DNA of 56,969 nucleotides from Armatimonadia bacterium (GTDB lineage Bacteria; Armatimonadota; Zipacnadia; Zipacnadales; UBA11051): contig JBDKRC010000347.1 in assembly GCA_039683575.1 (NCBI GenBank), positions 1 to 56,969 of the forward strand, written 5' to 3'. How positions within the stretch are numbered: position 1 is the first letter of the stretch; every line of letters begins with the position of its first letter. A model generated the notes under the pieces. That model was not told where the DNA came from and made no database searches. It was given only the letters and a program-made list of their open reading frames with translations. The translations under genes and the position numbers were made by a program. This document shows, one piece after another, positions 7,780 through 16,270 of this stretch.

Positions 7780-9882
7780 ACCTGCGGACTCGCCTGCGAT
7801 GATTGCGCCTTCTGCAGGGCACTCGACCGGCTCCTCGCCGAAGTTCGCCACCAGCACGTACTCCGCTCCGTCTGCTCCCGGCACCTGCACCGCGCGCAGA
7901 AGACTCTGGCCGTCATGCAGTGTACTGGCGGTAGCTGCGACCTGCTCCGTCTCCGCTGCCTCTGTCCCCGATAGCACCACATGCCCAGCGTCCAGTAGCA
8001 CCGCCCCGGGCGGCACGTCCCATAGGCCGACCTGGCAGGGGCTGCAGACCTCGTCGTAGTACAGGCTGTCTTCGTAGCCAGAGGCGCGGCGCTTGCCGGC
8101 TTGGCAGACGGAGATGGTGTCCCCACCGTACACGCTAATCACGCCGACGGTCTCCTCGATGTTGACGTACCGTGACGCCAGCGCAGTCACGCCCTGCGCC
8201 TTCCCCTCCAGCTTCGCATGCCCGCTTTCGCTGTAGTAGTTGCGCTTGAAGCCGTTGAACAGGTCGTTGGGGACGTTGAGCTTCAGGCCCTTGACCTCCG
8301 TGAGGTACGTGCGGATGCCCACGGTGGCGTATTCGAGCACGATCATCGTGCGGTCATCCGGCAGCGCGGCCACGGCCAGTTGATGGGGCGCGCGCTCCGG
8401 GCTCGTCCAGCCCTCCCCGAAGTAGGCCTTGGTGCTGTCGGCCATCTCGCCGATGGTTACAAAGCCCCCGTCGAAGCTCCACTGCTTGTGCCACTGGACC
8501 TTCCGCATCCCCTGCTCGCCCGCGATACGCACCCGCCCGCCCATGCTCTCGCACCACTCGGCGAACTGCCCGGACTGTGGTGGGAGGCAGAGGCCCTGCG
8601 GCGCCTCACGGGCGCGCCACGACCACGAGGCCACCCGGCGCGGCGAACGATGGAAGACCGCCCCGTGTTCGGGCTCTTCCCATTGTGCGGGTTCGAGTTC
8701 GGCTACGGGGACGGCAGCGGGTGTCTTCGTCGCCCAGTATGCGCACATGGACAGGACTACTGCCTTGTCGCTTTCCAGGCGCGTGTAGTAGTAGGGATTT
8801 GCGTTCCGGATGGTCTCGAGGCGCTGGGACAGGAAGCTGCCGTCGGCGTTGAAGTCGCGCTCCTGGCGGATGAGGTCGAGACAGCCGGCGGCCAGTTGCC
8901 CGGCGCGCTCATCGCCCCAGTACTCGTGGCAGAAGCACAGGGTGGGGAGGAGGTAGTCCTGGCAGTAGCAGTACCGCTGGCGGCTGTCGCCACCGATGCG
9001 AAGCAGGCGGCCATCTTCGAAGATGAACTGGCGGACAAGCTGCCACAGGTCCTGCGCGTGGTGGTACAGAGTCTCCGGCGGCGTCAGGCCCTGCAGCGTC
9101 AGCCCGTAGTGTAGCATGGCGATATTGCTCAGGCAGATGACCATGTAGCCGACGTTGAGGTAGCCGTGGTGGTCGAGAGCGTAGTGGGGGAAGAAGTTGG
9201 GGCCGATGTGGCGGTCGCGCACCGGCTTGCCGCCCAGCAGCGTGTCGTCGTCGGCGTCGGCCGGGATCGAGATGCCGTTGACGAAGAGGATGTGGGCCTG
9301 CTCGGTCCAGTCGGAGGCGTGGGGATGGTCAGGGTAGTTCAGAGCCGCACGGCAGCAGATCGCGCCGTTCCAGAGGTTGGACTCGGGCTTGTTGCCTCCC
9401 TGCTCAGCCCACAGCGTGCCCTGCACAGGCAGTTCGAGCAGGGCATCGGCTTCCGAGCACAGCAGCCGCCGCACGGCTTCGCGGTCCTCGTCGGTCAGGT
9501 GCTTGTCCAGAGCCTGGACGCCGTGCATCATGCGCTCGATGCCGAGACCGGAGATCCAGGTATGGCCCCATTGGGTGCCGTCGCTGCAATGGTGGTCGCC
9601 GCTGACGTGGCTGGCCAGCGAGTAACGCAGCGCGCGCAGGGCACGGTCGAGGAGGCGCTCGCGCGGAGCACCTACGGCCCTCTCGTTGAGATCGGGGGCG
9701 GTGGCCAACACTGCCAGTGCGCCGAGATACTTCTGGTTGGTCTGCACGCCCCAGCTATTGTAGCCAGTGCCGAAGCAGCCAAGGTCGGGGCGGGCGGGGT
9801 CATCCCACCAGTACTTTTCGGCGACTGACGGCCAGGGCTGCAGAAGGCTCAGGGCTTTGGCACGGAGTGTTTTGTTGTTCAT
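7711..9882 (-). CDS. Cytoplasmic uncharacterised protein, probable alpha/alpha-barrel + beta-supersandwich (lyase/heparinase-like)
   Basis: 723 aa from ATG 9882, ATGA-coupled to the upstream stop; NKPESNLWN and LDHHGYLNVGYM motifs, helical N-half and beta-rich C-half. Fold assignment is tentative. Confidence 0.75.
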   Translation of the reverse strand: MNNKTLRAKALSLLQPWPSVAEKYWWDDPARPDLGCFGTGYNSWGVQTNQKYLGALAVLATAPDLNERAVGAPRERLLDRALRALRYSLASHVSGDHHCSDGTQWGHTWISGLGIERMMHGVQALDKHLTDEDREAVRRLLCSEADALLELPVQGTLWAEQGGNKPESNLWNGAICCRAALNYPDHPHASDWTEQAHILFVNGISIPADADDDTLLGGKPVRDRHIGPNFFPHYALDHHGYLNVGYMVICLSNIAMLHYGLTLQGLTPPETLYHHAQDLWQLVRQFIFEDGRLLRIGGDSRQRYCYCQDYLLPTLCFCHEYWGDERAGQLAAGCLDLIRQERDFNADGSFLSQRLETIRNANPYYYTRLESDKAVVLSMCAYWATKTPAAVPVAELEPAQWEEPEHGAVFHRSPRRVASWSWRAREAPQGLCLPPQSGQFAEWCESMGGRVRIAGEQGMRKVQWHKQWSFDGGFVTIGEMADSTKAYFGEGWTSPERAPHQLAVAALPDDRTMIVLEYATVGIRTYLTEVKGLKLNVPNDLFNGFKRNYYSESGHAKLEGKAQGVTALASRYVNIEETVGVISVYGGDTISVCQAGKRRASGYEDSLYYDEVCSPCQVGLWDVPPGAVLLDAGHVVLSGTEAAETEQVAATASTLHDGQSLLRAVQVPGADGAEYVLVANFGEEPVECPAEGAIIAGESAGSLVGAHEARLLCLRPLPHLPLD

Positions 9883-10751
9883 GGTGTCTGTGGGCAGCCT
9901 AACTTTCTTAGGTTGAGCAGCCATTTCGCGATGTCGCTCAGGCCGTGAAGGGAGTGCGAGGGGATCGGGCAGGTTCCGGTCTGCTGGAGTTGCTTGCTGT
10001 CAATGTTTGTCCAGGCTTTAAGCGAATAGCTTAACAACCATCTACTGAAGGTGAGGATATTTGCGGTACTGCTGTGTCCGATCTGGTCGCCGAGGATGCT
10101 ATAGTCGAAGTGTCGTCCGTCGATACGGTAGTACTGCTGCCCGCCGTCGCTGACGAGGTCGAGGAGCTGTCGTAGCTGCGAACTCTTGGTCGTGGTAGTG
10201 CGGCCCTGCATGGCGCCCGAGACTGCCATCGCTGCGCCAACCGCCCCCCCAACTCCGCCCATGGCGCTGATTGGTGTGATGCGCCTGGTCAACAGACTGT
10301 CCGTGCTGCGGGTAGTCTGCTCCTCGAACGTCACCTGCCCGAGCGCCAACACGGCGAGTTCGTCCCAGGCGAGCTGTACCCAGTCTTCACCCGTCCCGCG
10401 GACTGACAGGCCGCTGCGAGTCAGCCGCACCGCGTGAACCGGATAGGGACGGGGGAGCATCATGAGGTCGGCGGCAGGCACTACAACGCACTCCTCGCCC
10501 AGGCTCCGCAGTTCACCGGCGAGGGCTTCGGCGAGCTTGGGGTCGATGTTGTCGACCAGGATGCCGGATTCCTGTTGGCAGAGCTTGGTGGCTTCCGACT
10601 TGATGAGCTTGAGCTGGTTGACGAACACGCGGGTGAAGACTTCCAGGTCCAGGCGACCGGACTTGAGGCGCAGGATTGTGGCGCCGGTGCGCGGCAGTTC
10701 CCGCGGGTCCTCGAAGACTTCCTTGTCGGGAAGCTGCAACTCATCGTCCAT
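9879..10751 (-). CDS. Hypothetical protein with Gly/Ala-rich hydrophobic segment
   Basis: 290 aa, tightly coupled to both neighbours (3-nt gap and ATGA overlap); MGGVGGAVGAAMAV segment. Confidence 0.75.
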   Translation of the reverse strand: MDDELQLPDKEVFEDPRELPRTGATILRLKSGRLDLEVFTRVFVNQLKLIKSEATKLCQQESGILVDNIDPKLAEALAGELRSLGEECVVVPAADLMMLPRPYPVHAVRLTRSGLSVRGTGEDWVQLAWDELAVLALGQVTFEEQTTRSTDSLLTRRITPISAMGGVGGAVGAAMAVSGAMQGRTTTTKSSQLRQLLDLVSDGGQQYYRIDGRHFDYSILGDQIGHSSTANILTFSRWLLSYSLKAWTNIDSKQLQQTGTCPIPSHSLHGLSDIAKWLLNLRKLGCPQTP

Positions 10752-10754
10752 GGG

Positions 10755-11543
10755 CTAATCCCTCCAGTCAGCCGGTGGAACGCTGTGATATTCACGGCAG
10801 AATTGCACCAGATTCTCGACTGTCTCCTCGAACATGAGCTTCCCGGCCTCGGCGCTCGCGCAGGTTGGATCACCGTAGATGCCGGTCTCGCTGCGTTGTA
10901 TCCCCCAGGTACTCCAGAAGGCGGCTTTGCTTCCGGCGAAGCCGTCGCCGGGGAAGTTGTCAGAGCGGTAGCGGAACATGTCGCGGTTGTGGGCCAAGGC
11001 CATGTCTACGTCCGCGCCAAAGTGCAGCATGAGCGAGGTCTCGAACTCACAGCCGTGGATACACCCGCCGGGCTCGGATTTGCGGTACTTGCGCACCGCC
11101 GGCGCGGCCATCTTTGCCACCTCGATGCACGCCAGGTACACGCCGGTCTCATCGGCGATCTCCCGCGCGACCATCTCCAGCAGCGCCGGGTGGTGGCCGT
11201 GGCCGTTCACCGTTGCGATCTTCGTGACGCCCATCTCGACGAGGCTGAGCACGATGTCATGGATCATGTCGGCAAAGACGCGCGTGCGCAGGCGGATGGT
11301 GCCGGCCCACCTGGTCAACTCTTTGCCGGAATAGCCCGCCCACACCGTCGGCATGAGCAGGCAGGGGAGATCCTCCAGACGTTCGGCGGCAGCCTGCGTG
11401 ACCTGCTCGGCAATCATGGCGTCGGCGTTCACAGGCAGATGGGGACCGTGCTCCTCAAGCTGCCCGATGGGCAGCAGGGCGAGCGGGTGGCGAGCGATGA
11501 GGTCGTCGATCTGGGGGCTGGTGAGGTTGGCGAAAGCTGGCAT
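10755..11543 (-). CDS. Creatininase/creatinine amidohydrolase family protein
   Basis: LPIGQLEEHGPHLP..AD, VNGHGHH, HGCEFETS and GIYGDP..ASAEAG metal-binding motifs. Confidence 0.92.
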   Translation of the reverse strand: MPAFANLTSPQIDDLIARHPLALLPIGQLEEHGPHLPVNADAMIAEQVTQAAAERLEDLPCLLMPTVWAGYSGKELTRWAGTIRLRTRVFADMIHDIVLSLVEMGVTKIATVNGHGHHPALLEMVAREIADETGVYLACIEVAKMAAPAVRKYRKSEPGGCIHGCEFETSLMLHFGADVDMALAHNRDMFRYRSDNFPGDGFAGSKAAFWSTWGIQRSETGIYGDPTCASAEAGKLMFEETVENLVQFCREYHSVPPADWRD

Positions 11544-11558
11544 GTCAGGTTCCTTCCG

Positions 11559-12878
11559 TCAGACGCGAAGGGCCCGCAGGCCCAGTATCCGGCACACGTC
11601 CTCCAACTGCTGGCTCACGTCGCCATAGCACAGTGCAAAGTGCTGTGAGGGGATGATCTCCATGAGCCTGGCGGGGCTGCCGTCCATCTCGATCTGCAGC
11701 GCCGGGAACTTCCCCTGGCGAAGGTCGGTGTCCACGCCGGAGCCGGTTCCGTAGACCAGGTAGTAGTCACCGCGACCCTCGGCCAGACGGGCGAAGGTCA
11801 CCGGGCCGCGCTTGAGCGTGAACGAGCAGATTAGCCCGTCGAAGCCGGGGTAGTCGAACTCGCACACGCGCCGGGTGTCGCCCTCGTGGGCCAGGCCGAA
11901 GGGCGCAAAGCCGCAGGCCGACAGCAGCAGGCGGTTGTCCTGAAGGTCGAGAATATCCCCATAGGTGACCGTCTGGGCCGTCAGGTAGTGCAGCAGCGCC
12001 TGCGTAACCGTGACCATCATGTCGCCCTCGCAACTGGCGACCACGCCCTCGTCCGCCAGGAGCGCCATCGGCAGGCAGGCCGTCATGCCGTACTCCTGCG
12101 AGAGTTCGTATTGGCACTTCACGTTCAGCGCCTGCAGGTGGTGTTTGGCAACGAGGCTCTTGAGCGCTGCCGCGAGGCCACAGGCCTTACGCAGCCGCTC
12201 CGGCGTCGCTTGCACCTCCGCCTGCCCCCCCACTCGCTCTGCGAGGGCCTGCACCTCGGCTTCGTCGGCGCGTTCGGCTTCGCGCACGAGGGTGTAGGTA
12301 TCCAGGTGCACCACTTCAGGTCCGATCTGCTTGCGGAGCAGGACGTGGTCGAAGGTGCCGGGGTAGATGGACATGGCGGAATAGCCGACGAGGCCCGCGC
12401 GCAGGCGCTTGAGGCGCGCAGTGGCATGGGCGGCGTGGGCGAAGGAGGCGAGTTCGTCGACTGTGGCGGGGTCATCGGGCAGGCCCACGACGGTCTTGAA
12501 GCGGTAGTCCATGCGCTCCAGCGGGGCCTTGAGGGAGCACACGGCCACAAAGGACCCGGTGGACTCGCGCTTGCCCTCCCAGTCGAACATCTGCAGCCCC
12601 CAAAGCGCGAGCGGCAGGTGTTCGACCTCGCGAATCGCCGCCAGCGCCGTCGCCCCCTCGAGCCAGGTGCCGGGCAGCACTATGATGCCTTCGGGGTCGT
12701 GCTTGAGGAGTTCCTTGGCCGCTTCGGCAGCGGCTGGCGCGTCCGTGGCGGGTTCAGTGGGGATGACTTCGATGTCACGCTCGCTCAATGCCGCCGCGCA
12801 AAGGCGAGCGAAGTGCTGCCCGAGATCGTTGGGGTAGTCGGGGTGGCCGAGCAGTAACAGACCAAGGCGAGCCGCCAT
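11559..12878 (-). CDS. L-fucose/L-arabinose isomerase family protein
   Basis: ALNVKCQYEL, ASCEGD, GPVTFARL and SQHFALCYGD motifs; start set at ATG 12878. Confidence 0.85.
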   Translation of the reverse strand: MAARLGLLLLGHPDYPNDLGQHFARLCAAALSERDIEVIPTEPATDAPAAAEAAKELLKHDPEGIIVLPGTWLEGATALAAIREVEHLPLALWGLQMFDWEGKRESTGSFVAVCSLKAPLERMDYRFKTVVGLPDDPATVDELASFAHAAHATARLKRLRAGLVGYSAMSIYPGTFDHVLLRKQIGPEVVHLDTYTLVREAERADEAEVQALAERVGGQAEVQATPERLRKACGLAAALKSLVAKHHLQALNVKCQYELSQEYGMTACLPMALLADEGVVASCEGDMMVTVTQALLHYLTAQTVTYGDILDLQDNRLLLSACGFAPFGLAHEGDTRRVCEFDYPGFDGLICSFTLKRGPVTFARLAEGRGDYYLVYGTGSGVDTDLRQGKFPALQIEMDGSPARLMEIIPSQHFALCYGDVSQQLEDVCRILGLRALRV

Positions 12879-12970
12879 GGGCAACCATCCTGAGGAACAG
12901 TTGGGTCCGTAGAAAGTCAAAAGAGGTATTCGACGACGCGCAGGCGGAACCTTCGCCCACGGAGACCAAG

Positions 12971-14023
12971 ATGCGACGGCCACTACTAGTCATGCTCTTG
13001 CTCGCGCTGCCGGCCCTGGCCATGGCCCAGGGCAGTATGCGGCTGGTGAGGCTCAACTTCGCGGACGCGACCCAGATCGCTGCCTATTTCGGCGGCGGGG
13101 CGGCGGGCGGCTATTCGCCCGCGGTGGCCGAGGCTTTTGCGCGTGATACCATCGTCATGGGATTGCGGCGGCTGCCGGCGGCGGCGGGGCAGTGGCAGTC
13201 GAACGCCTACGCGCGCAGCTATCCCGGCGGCACCGGAGCCATTGCGCCCCCGGCCGGCCTCAGCCAGCCGCCAGTAGCCATTCCTGCGCAAAATGCCCTG
13301 ATGCTGCGTGGCACGCCTGACGCCATGGACCGCATGGAAGAGATCATCGCCATGCTGGACAAGCCCGCGAAGATGGTCAACATCGAACTGGCGATGCTCG
13401 ATGCGCCCGAGGAGCGCGTGGAGCAGTGGGGGCTGGACTTCCGCGCCTTCAACGGCAGCGCGGAGGTCGGGAGCGTCGGGAATGCTCCGGCGGCGGGCGC
13501 GATGCTGCGCTGGGGGATAGGCAACGTGGATCTGCTTTTCGGTATGGATGACCGCCGGACGCGGGGACGTGAAGAGACGGCGGCGAATGTAACCACCTTC
13601 AACAACGCCCCCGCGACCGTGAGTTTCGGCGAGACGCTGCCGTTCTTTGTGTCGCACGTCACCTACGATGTATGGGGCAACCGGCACGTTGACGTCGAGC
13701 CATACTCGATCTTCACCGGTGTTGAGCTATACGTACTCCCACGCATCAACAGCGATGACAGCGTCACCATGCGACTCGTGCCGACGATAGTGGAGGCTGC
13801 AGGCGCGGTGACTGCCCCGGACGGCTCCAGCATCCCCATCACCAGGAACGTGATGACCGACACGCAGGTGCGGGTTCGCAACGGCGAGGCCTTCGTGATC
13901 GGCGGGATGCGGCGCATGACCGACAGTCAGACCGAGCGCTTCCGAACCGCGCTGGGCGAGACGAAGATCACCCGCTCCTCAAATCCAGTGCTCGTGGTCA
14001 CCCCGAACGTCATTCAGCAGTGA
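12971..14023 (+). CDS. Short secretin-family outer-membrane protein
   Basis: Signal peptide after a GGAG RBS; N-domain LVRLNFADA..QNALMLRGT..IIAMLDKPAKMVNIE; secretin core GVELYVLPRIN, TQVRVRNGEAFVIGG, VVTPNVI. Confidence 0.85.
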   Translation: MRRPLLVMLLLALPALAMAQGSMRLVRLNFADATQIAAYFGGGAAGGYSPAVAEAFARDTIVMGLRRLPAAAGQWQSNAYARSYPGGTGAIAPPAGLSQPPVAIPAQNALMLRGTPDAMDRMEEIIAMLDKPAKMVNIELAMLDAPEERVEQWGLDFRAFNGSAEVGSVGNAPAAGAMLRWGIGNVDLLFGMDDRRTRGREETAANVTTFNNAPATVSFGETLPFFVSHVTYDVWGNRHVDVEPYSIFTGVELYVLPRINSDDSVTMRLVPTIVEAAGAVTAPDGSSIPITRNVMTDTQVRVRNGEAFVIGGMRRMTDSQTERFRTALGETKITRSSNPVLVVTPNVIQQ

Positions 14024-14087
14024 CCTCAGCCCCTGAGCCCCTCGGCTTCATTGAGATTACGGTCGAGCATGAAAGACCGATTTGGTG

Positions 14088-14093
14088 TATAAT
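14088..14093 (+). promoter_or_regulatory. Putative -10 element
   Basis: Perfect TATAAT 50 nt upstream of the 14144 gene in a GC-rich genome; no clear -35. Confidence 0.35.
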
Positions 14094-14143
14094 CGTGACC
14101 TGTTGTTCGGTAAGCTGCCCTTTGCCGCTTCCGGAGTTGCTGA

Positions 14144-14809
14144 ATGAATCGCCGATTGGTCGTGGTCGCAGACCGCAACGCTCATCCTGTTTTCTGTCCC
14201 GGGGAGCCGAACACTACGCTGCAGCCTGAAGTGTCCGAGGCGTTTCTCAAGGACACCCTTGCGCTTGGTGGGTCCTTGCATGCCGGCACGGCGGACGCGC
14301 CGGCATTGGTTCTGGCCTACTATGGGGAGCGCGTGTGGTACCAGCACCGAACATCCAGCTATTGGCTGCTTCTGCCGCAGATGGGCAGTACTGTCGCGCA
14401 GTTGCTTGATAACGTCTTGATCAGCCTGGCGCTTGAGCCGGATGACGAGACGATAATCCTGGGCACCCGCACGCCGCAACTATCGTGCCGGCTGCTGGAA
14501 CAGGCCTTCGATGGTCTGGCGCGTTTCGATGCGATCATTGGCCCGTGCGAACAGAGCGGCGTGTATCTGCTGGGTGTGCGCGGGAGATGGCCCACAGGAT
14601 GTCTGGCCGAGGTGGATTGGCAGGGCAAGCGGATATTGCCTGACTTGCGTCAGGCAATGCGACGGGCCCGGCTCAACTATGCGGCACTCGACAAGCACGA
14701 TGGCCTGTATGACGCGGAAGACCTGGAGCGTCTGCACCTGCGTCTGGGCGAATATCCGGAGAGTACGCTAAAGAATACGCGTCACTTGCTCTGGAACCAT
14801 GCGAGCTAA
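14144..14809 (+). CDS. DUF2064/TIGR04282-like glycosyltransferase-A-fold protein (degenerate)
   Basis: AFLKDTL, Q..TVAQLL, IILGTRTPQL, DAIIGPCEQSGVYLLG, VDW and DAEDLERL match the family layout. Confidence 0.75.
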   Translation: MNRRLVVVADRNAHPVFCPGEPNTTLQPEVSEAFLKDTLALGGSLHAGTADAPALVLAYYGERVWYQHRTSSYWLLLPQMGSTVAQLLDNVLISLALEPDDETIILGTRTPQLSCRLLEQAFDGLARFDAIIGPCEQSGVYLLGVRGRWPTGCLAEVDWQGKRILPDLRQAMRRARLNYAALDKHDGLYDAEDLERLHLRLGEYPESTLKNTRHLLWNHAS

Positions 14810-14851
14810 CAGCGCCTCCAGGCGCTGCATGAGTCCTACAGGAGGCCCCCT

Positions 14852-15691
14852 ATGAATTTGCGCCAAGTCACCTGCTGCTTGCTGCTGAGCCTCTGTGTCG
14901 GCAGCCACCTCTATGCGCAGGAAAAGCTTGCCCTCAAGTATGCTCCCGAAGCCGGCACGACCTGGGACGAGACTCTGACGGGAAAACTGTGTGATATCCT
15001 GCTCCAGGGCCAGCCGCTTGGCTACAGCGGCACCGCCACCACGAAGCTGAAGTCCGAGATCGTCAGCCGCGACGCGGACCAGCAGTTTTGCCTGGTCAAG
15101 CTGAGTTGTGACGACGTTACCGCCAAACTCAACGGGCAGACCACCAAGCCCACGCCGCCCAAGCCCGTGACCCTGAAAGTCACCGAACTCGGCTGCACGT
15201 CTTTGACCGAGCAGTCAAAGGCCGGCTTCAACCTGCTAGACACCGGCGGTGTGCCCCTGCAGGTGATTGCCATTCTGGCCCATGGCCTGCGGTTCTCGGG
15301 CGACCCCGTTGGGGTGGGGGAAGAGTGGTCCTGCCAGGACTGCTATGGCCTGCCGGGCGTCGGCGACGTTCGCATCAACACTCGCTGGCGGCTGATGTCT
15401 TTTGAAGATGGCGTGGCCACTATCGCTTCGACCGCCGCGGGAGCACTACCGAACTTCAAGGCCCCGAGCCCCATGGGTGGCGCGGATATGGACATGAAGA
15501 ACGGCAAGCTGTACATCACCGAGATGAAGCAAGAGTACGACGTGGCCAAGTCGCGGGTGCTCACGACGGACGGGAAAGTGCGTATTGACGCCATTGCGGA
15601 TCTCGCCGGCATGCAAGTCCCGGTGGTGTTGACGATGCAGTTCAAGCTCGAACAGGCCGAGCCTGCAGCCGCAGCCGAACCAGCCAAGTAG
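14852..15691 (+). CDS. Secreted hypothetical protein (beta-rich, DUF6263-like)
   Basis: AGGAGG RBS; signal peptide; LALKYAPEAG..., PVGVGEEW pattern. Confidence 0.75.
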   Translation: MNLRQVTCCLLLSLCVGSHLYAQEKLALKYAPEAGTTWDETLTGKLCDILLQGQPLGYSGTATTKLKSEIVSRDADQQFCLVKLSCDDVTAKLNGQTTKPTPPKPVTLKVTELGCTSLTEQSKAGFNLLDTGGVPLQVIAILAHGLRFSGDPVGVGEEWSCQDCYGLPGVGDVRINTRWRLMSFEDGVATIASTAAGALPNFKAPSPMGGADMDMKNGKLYITEMKQEYDVAKSRVLTTDGKVRIDAIADLAGMQVPVVLTMQFKLEQAEPAAAAEPAK

Positions 15692-15710
15692 TCAGAACAC
15701 ACACACAGCC

Positions 15711-15753
15711 AAAAAGCCGGCGGAGGCTCCCATTGGGGAGTTCCGCCGGCTTT
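15711..15753. terminator. Bidirectional intrinsic terminator
   Basis: AAAAAGCCGGCGGA...TCCGCCGGCTTT long stem between convergent genes. Confidence 0.8.
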
Positions 15754-15811
15754 GTCGTTGATCGACTATGACATGCCAGCAAGACAGGCGGCCTCGCCTG
15801 CCCCACGCGCT

Positions 15812-16264
15812 CTACAGCGCGTACACTTCCTCGGCAGTCAGGATGGGGATATTCTCCCTCTCGAGCAGTTCGATCGTGCTGTTCAGCGAATCGTCCGCGA
15901 CGCGGAAAAGCACCACAGCGTCGCCCTCTCGCCGCACGAAGAACGCGTACATGTACTCGACGTTGATGCCGCCGGCATCCAGCCTCTCAAGGATGCCGCC
16001 GAGCCCGCCCGGACGGTCCGGGATCTGCAGGGCGATGACCGCGGTGGAACCGACGGAGAAGCCGGCCTTCTGCAGCACTTCGGTCGCCGTCACGGGATCA
16101 TTCACAATCAGCCGCAGGATGCCGAAATCAGAGGTATCGGCGATACACAGGGCCCGGATGTTAATGTTGTACTTGCCGAGGGTGGTGCAGACCTCTGCCA
16201 GCCGCCCGGACTTGTTCTCCAGAAAGATGGATACCTGCTCGACGATCTTCGGTGCGTTCGGCAT
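15812..16264 (-). CDS. ACT domain protein (paaK-associated, tandem ACT)
   Basis: QVSIFLENKSGRLAEV..INIRALCIADTSDFGILRLIV..PDRPGGL..INVEYMYAF; AAGGAG RBS. Confidence 0.92.
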   Translation of the reverse strand: MPNAPKIVEQVSIFLENKSGRLAEVCTTLGKYNINIRALCIADTSDFGILRLIVNDPVTATEVLQKAGFSVGSTAVIALQIPDRPGGLGGILERLDAGGINVEYMYAFFVRREGDAVVLFRVADDSLNSTIELLERENIPILTAEEVYAL

Positions 16265-16270
16265 CAACAA

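Noticed and set aside
6877-9924. Restriction-modification or defence pair (methyltransferase + 723-aa gene)
   Set aside because: The neighbour is convergent, coupled to the sugar operon and shows no PD-(D/E)xK, HNH or helicase motifs.
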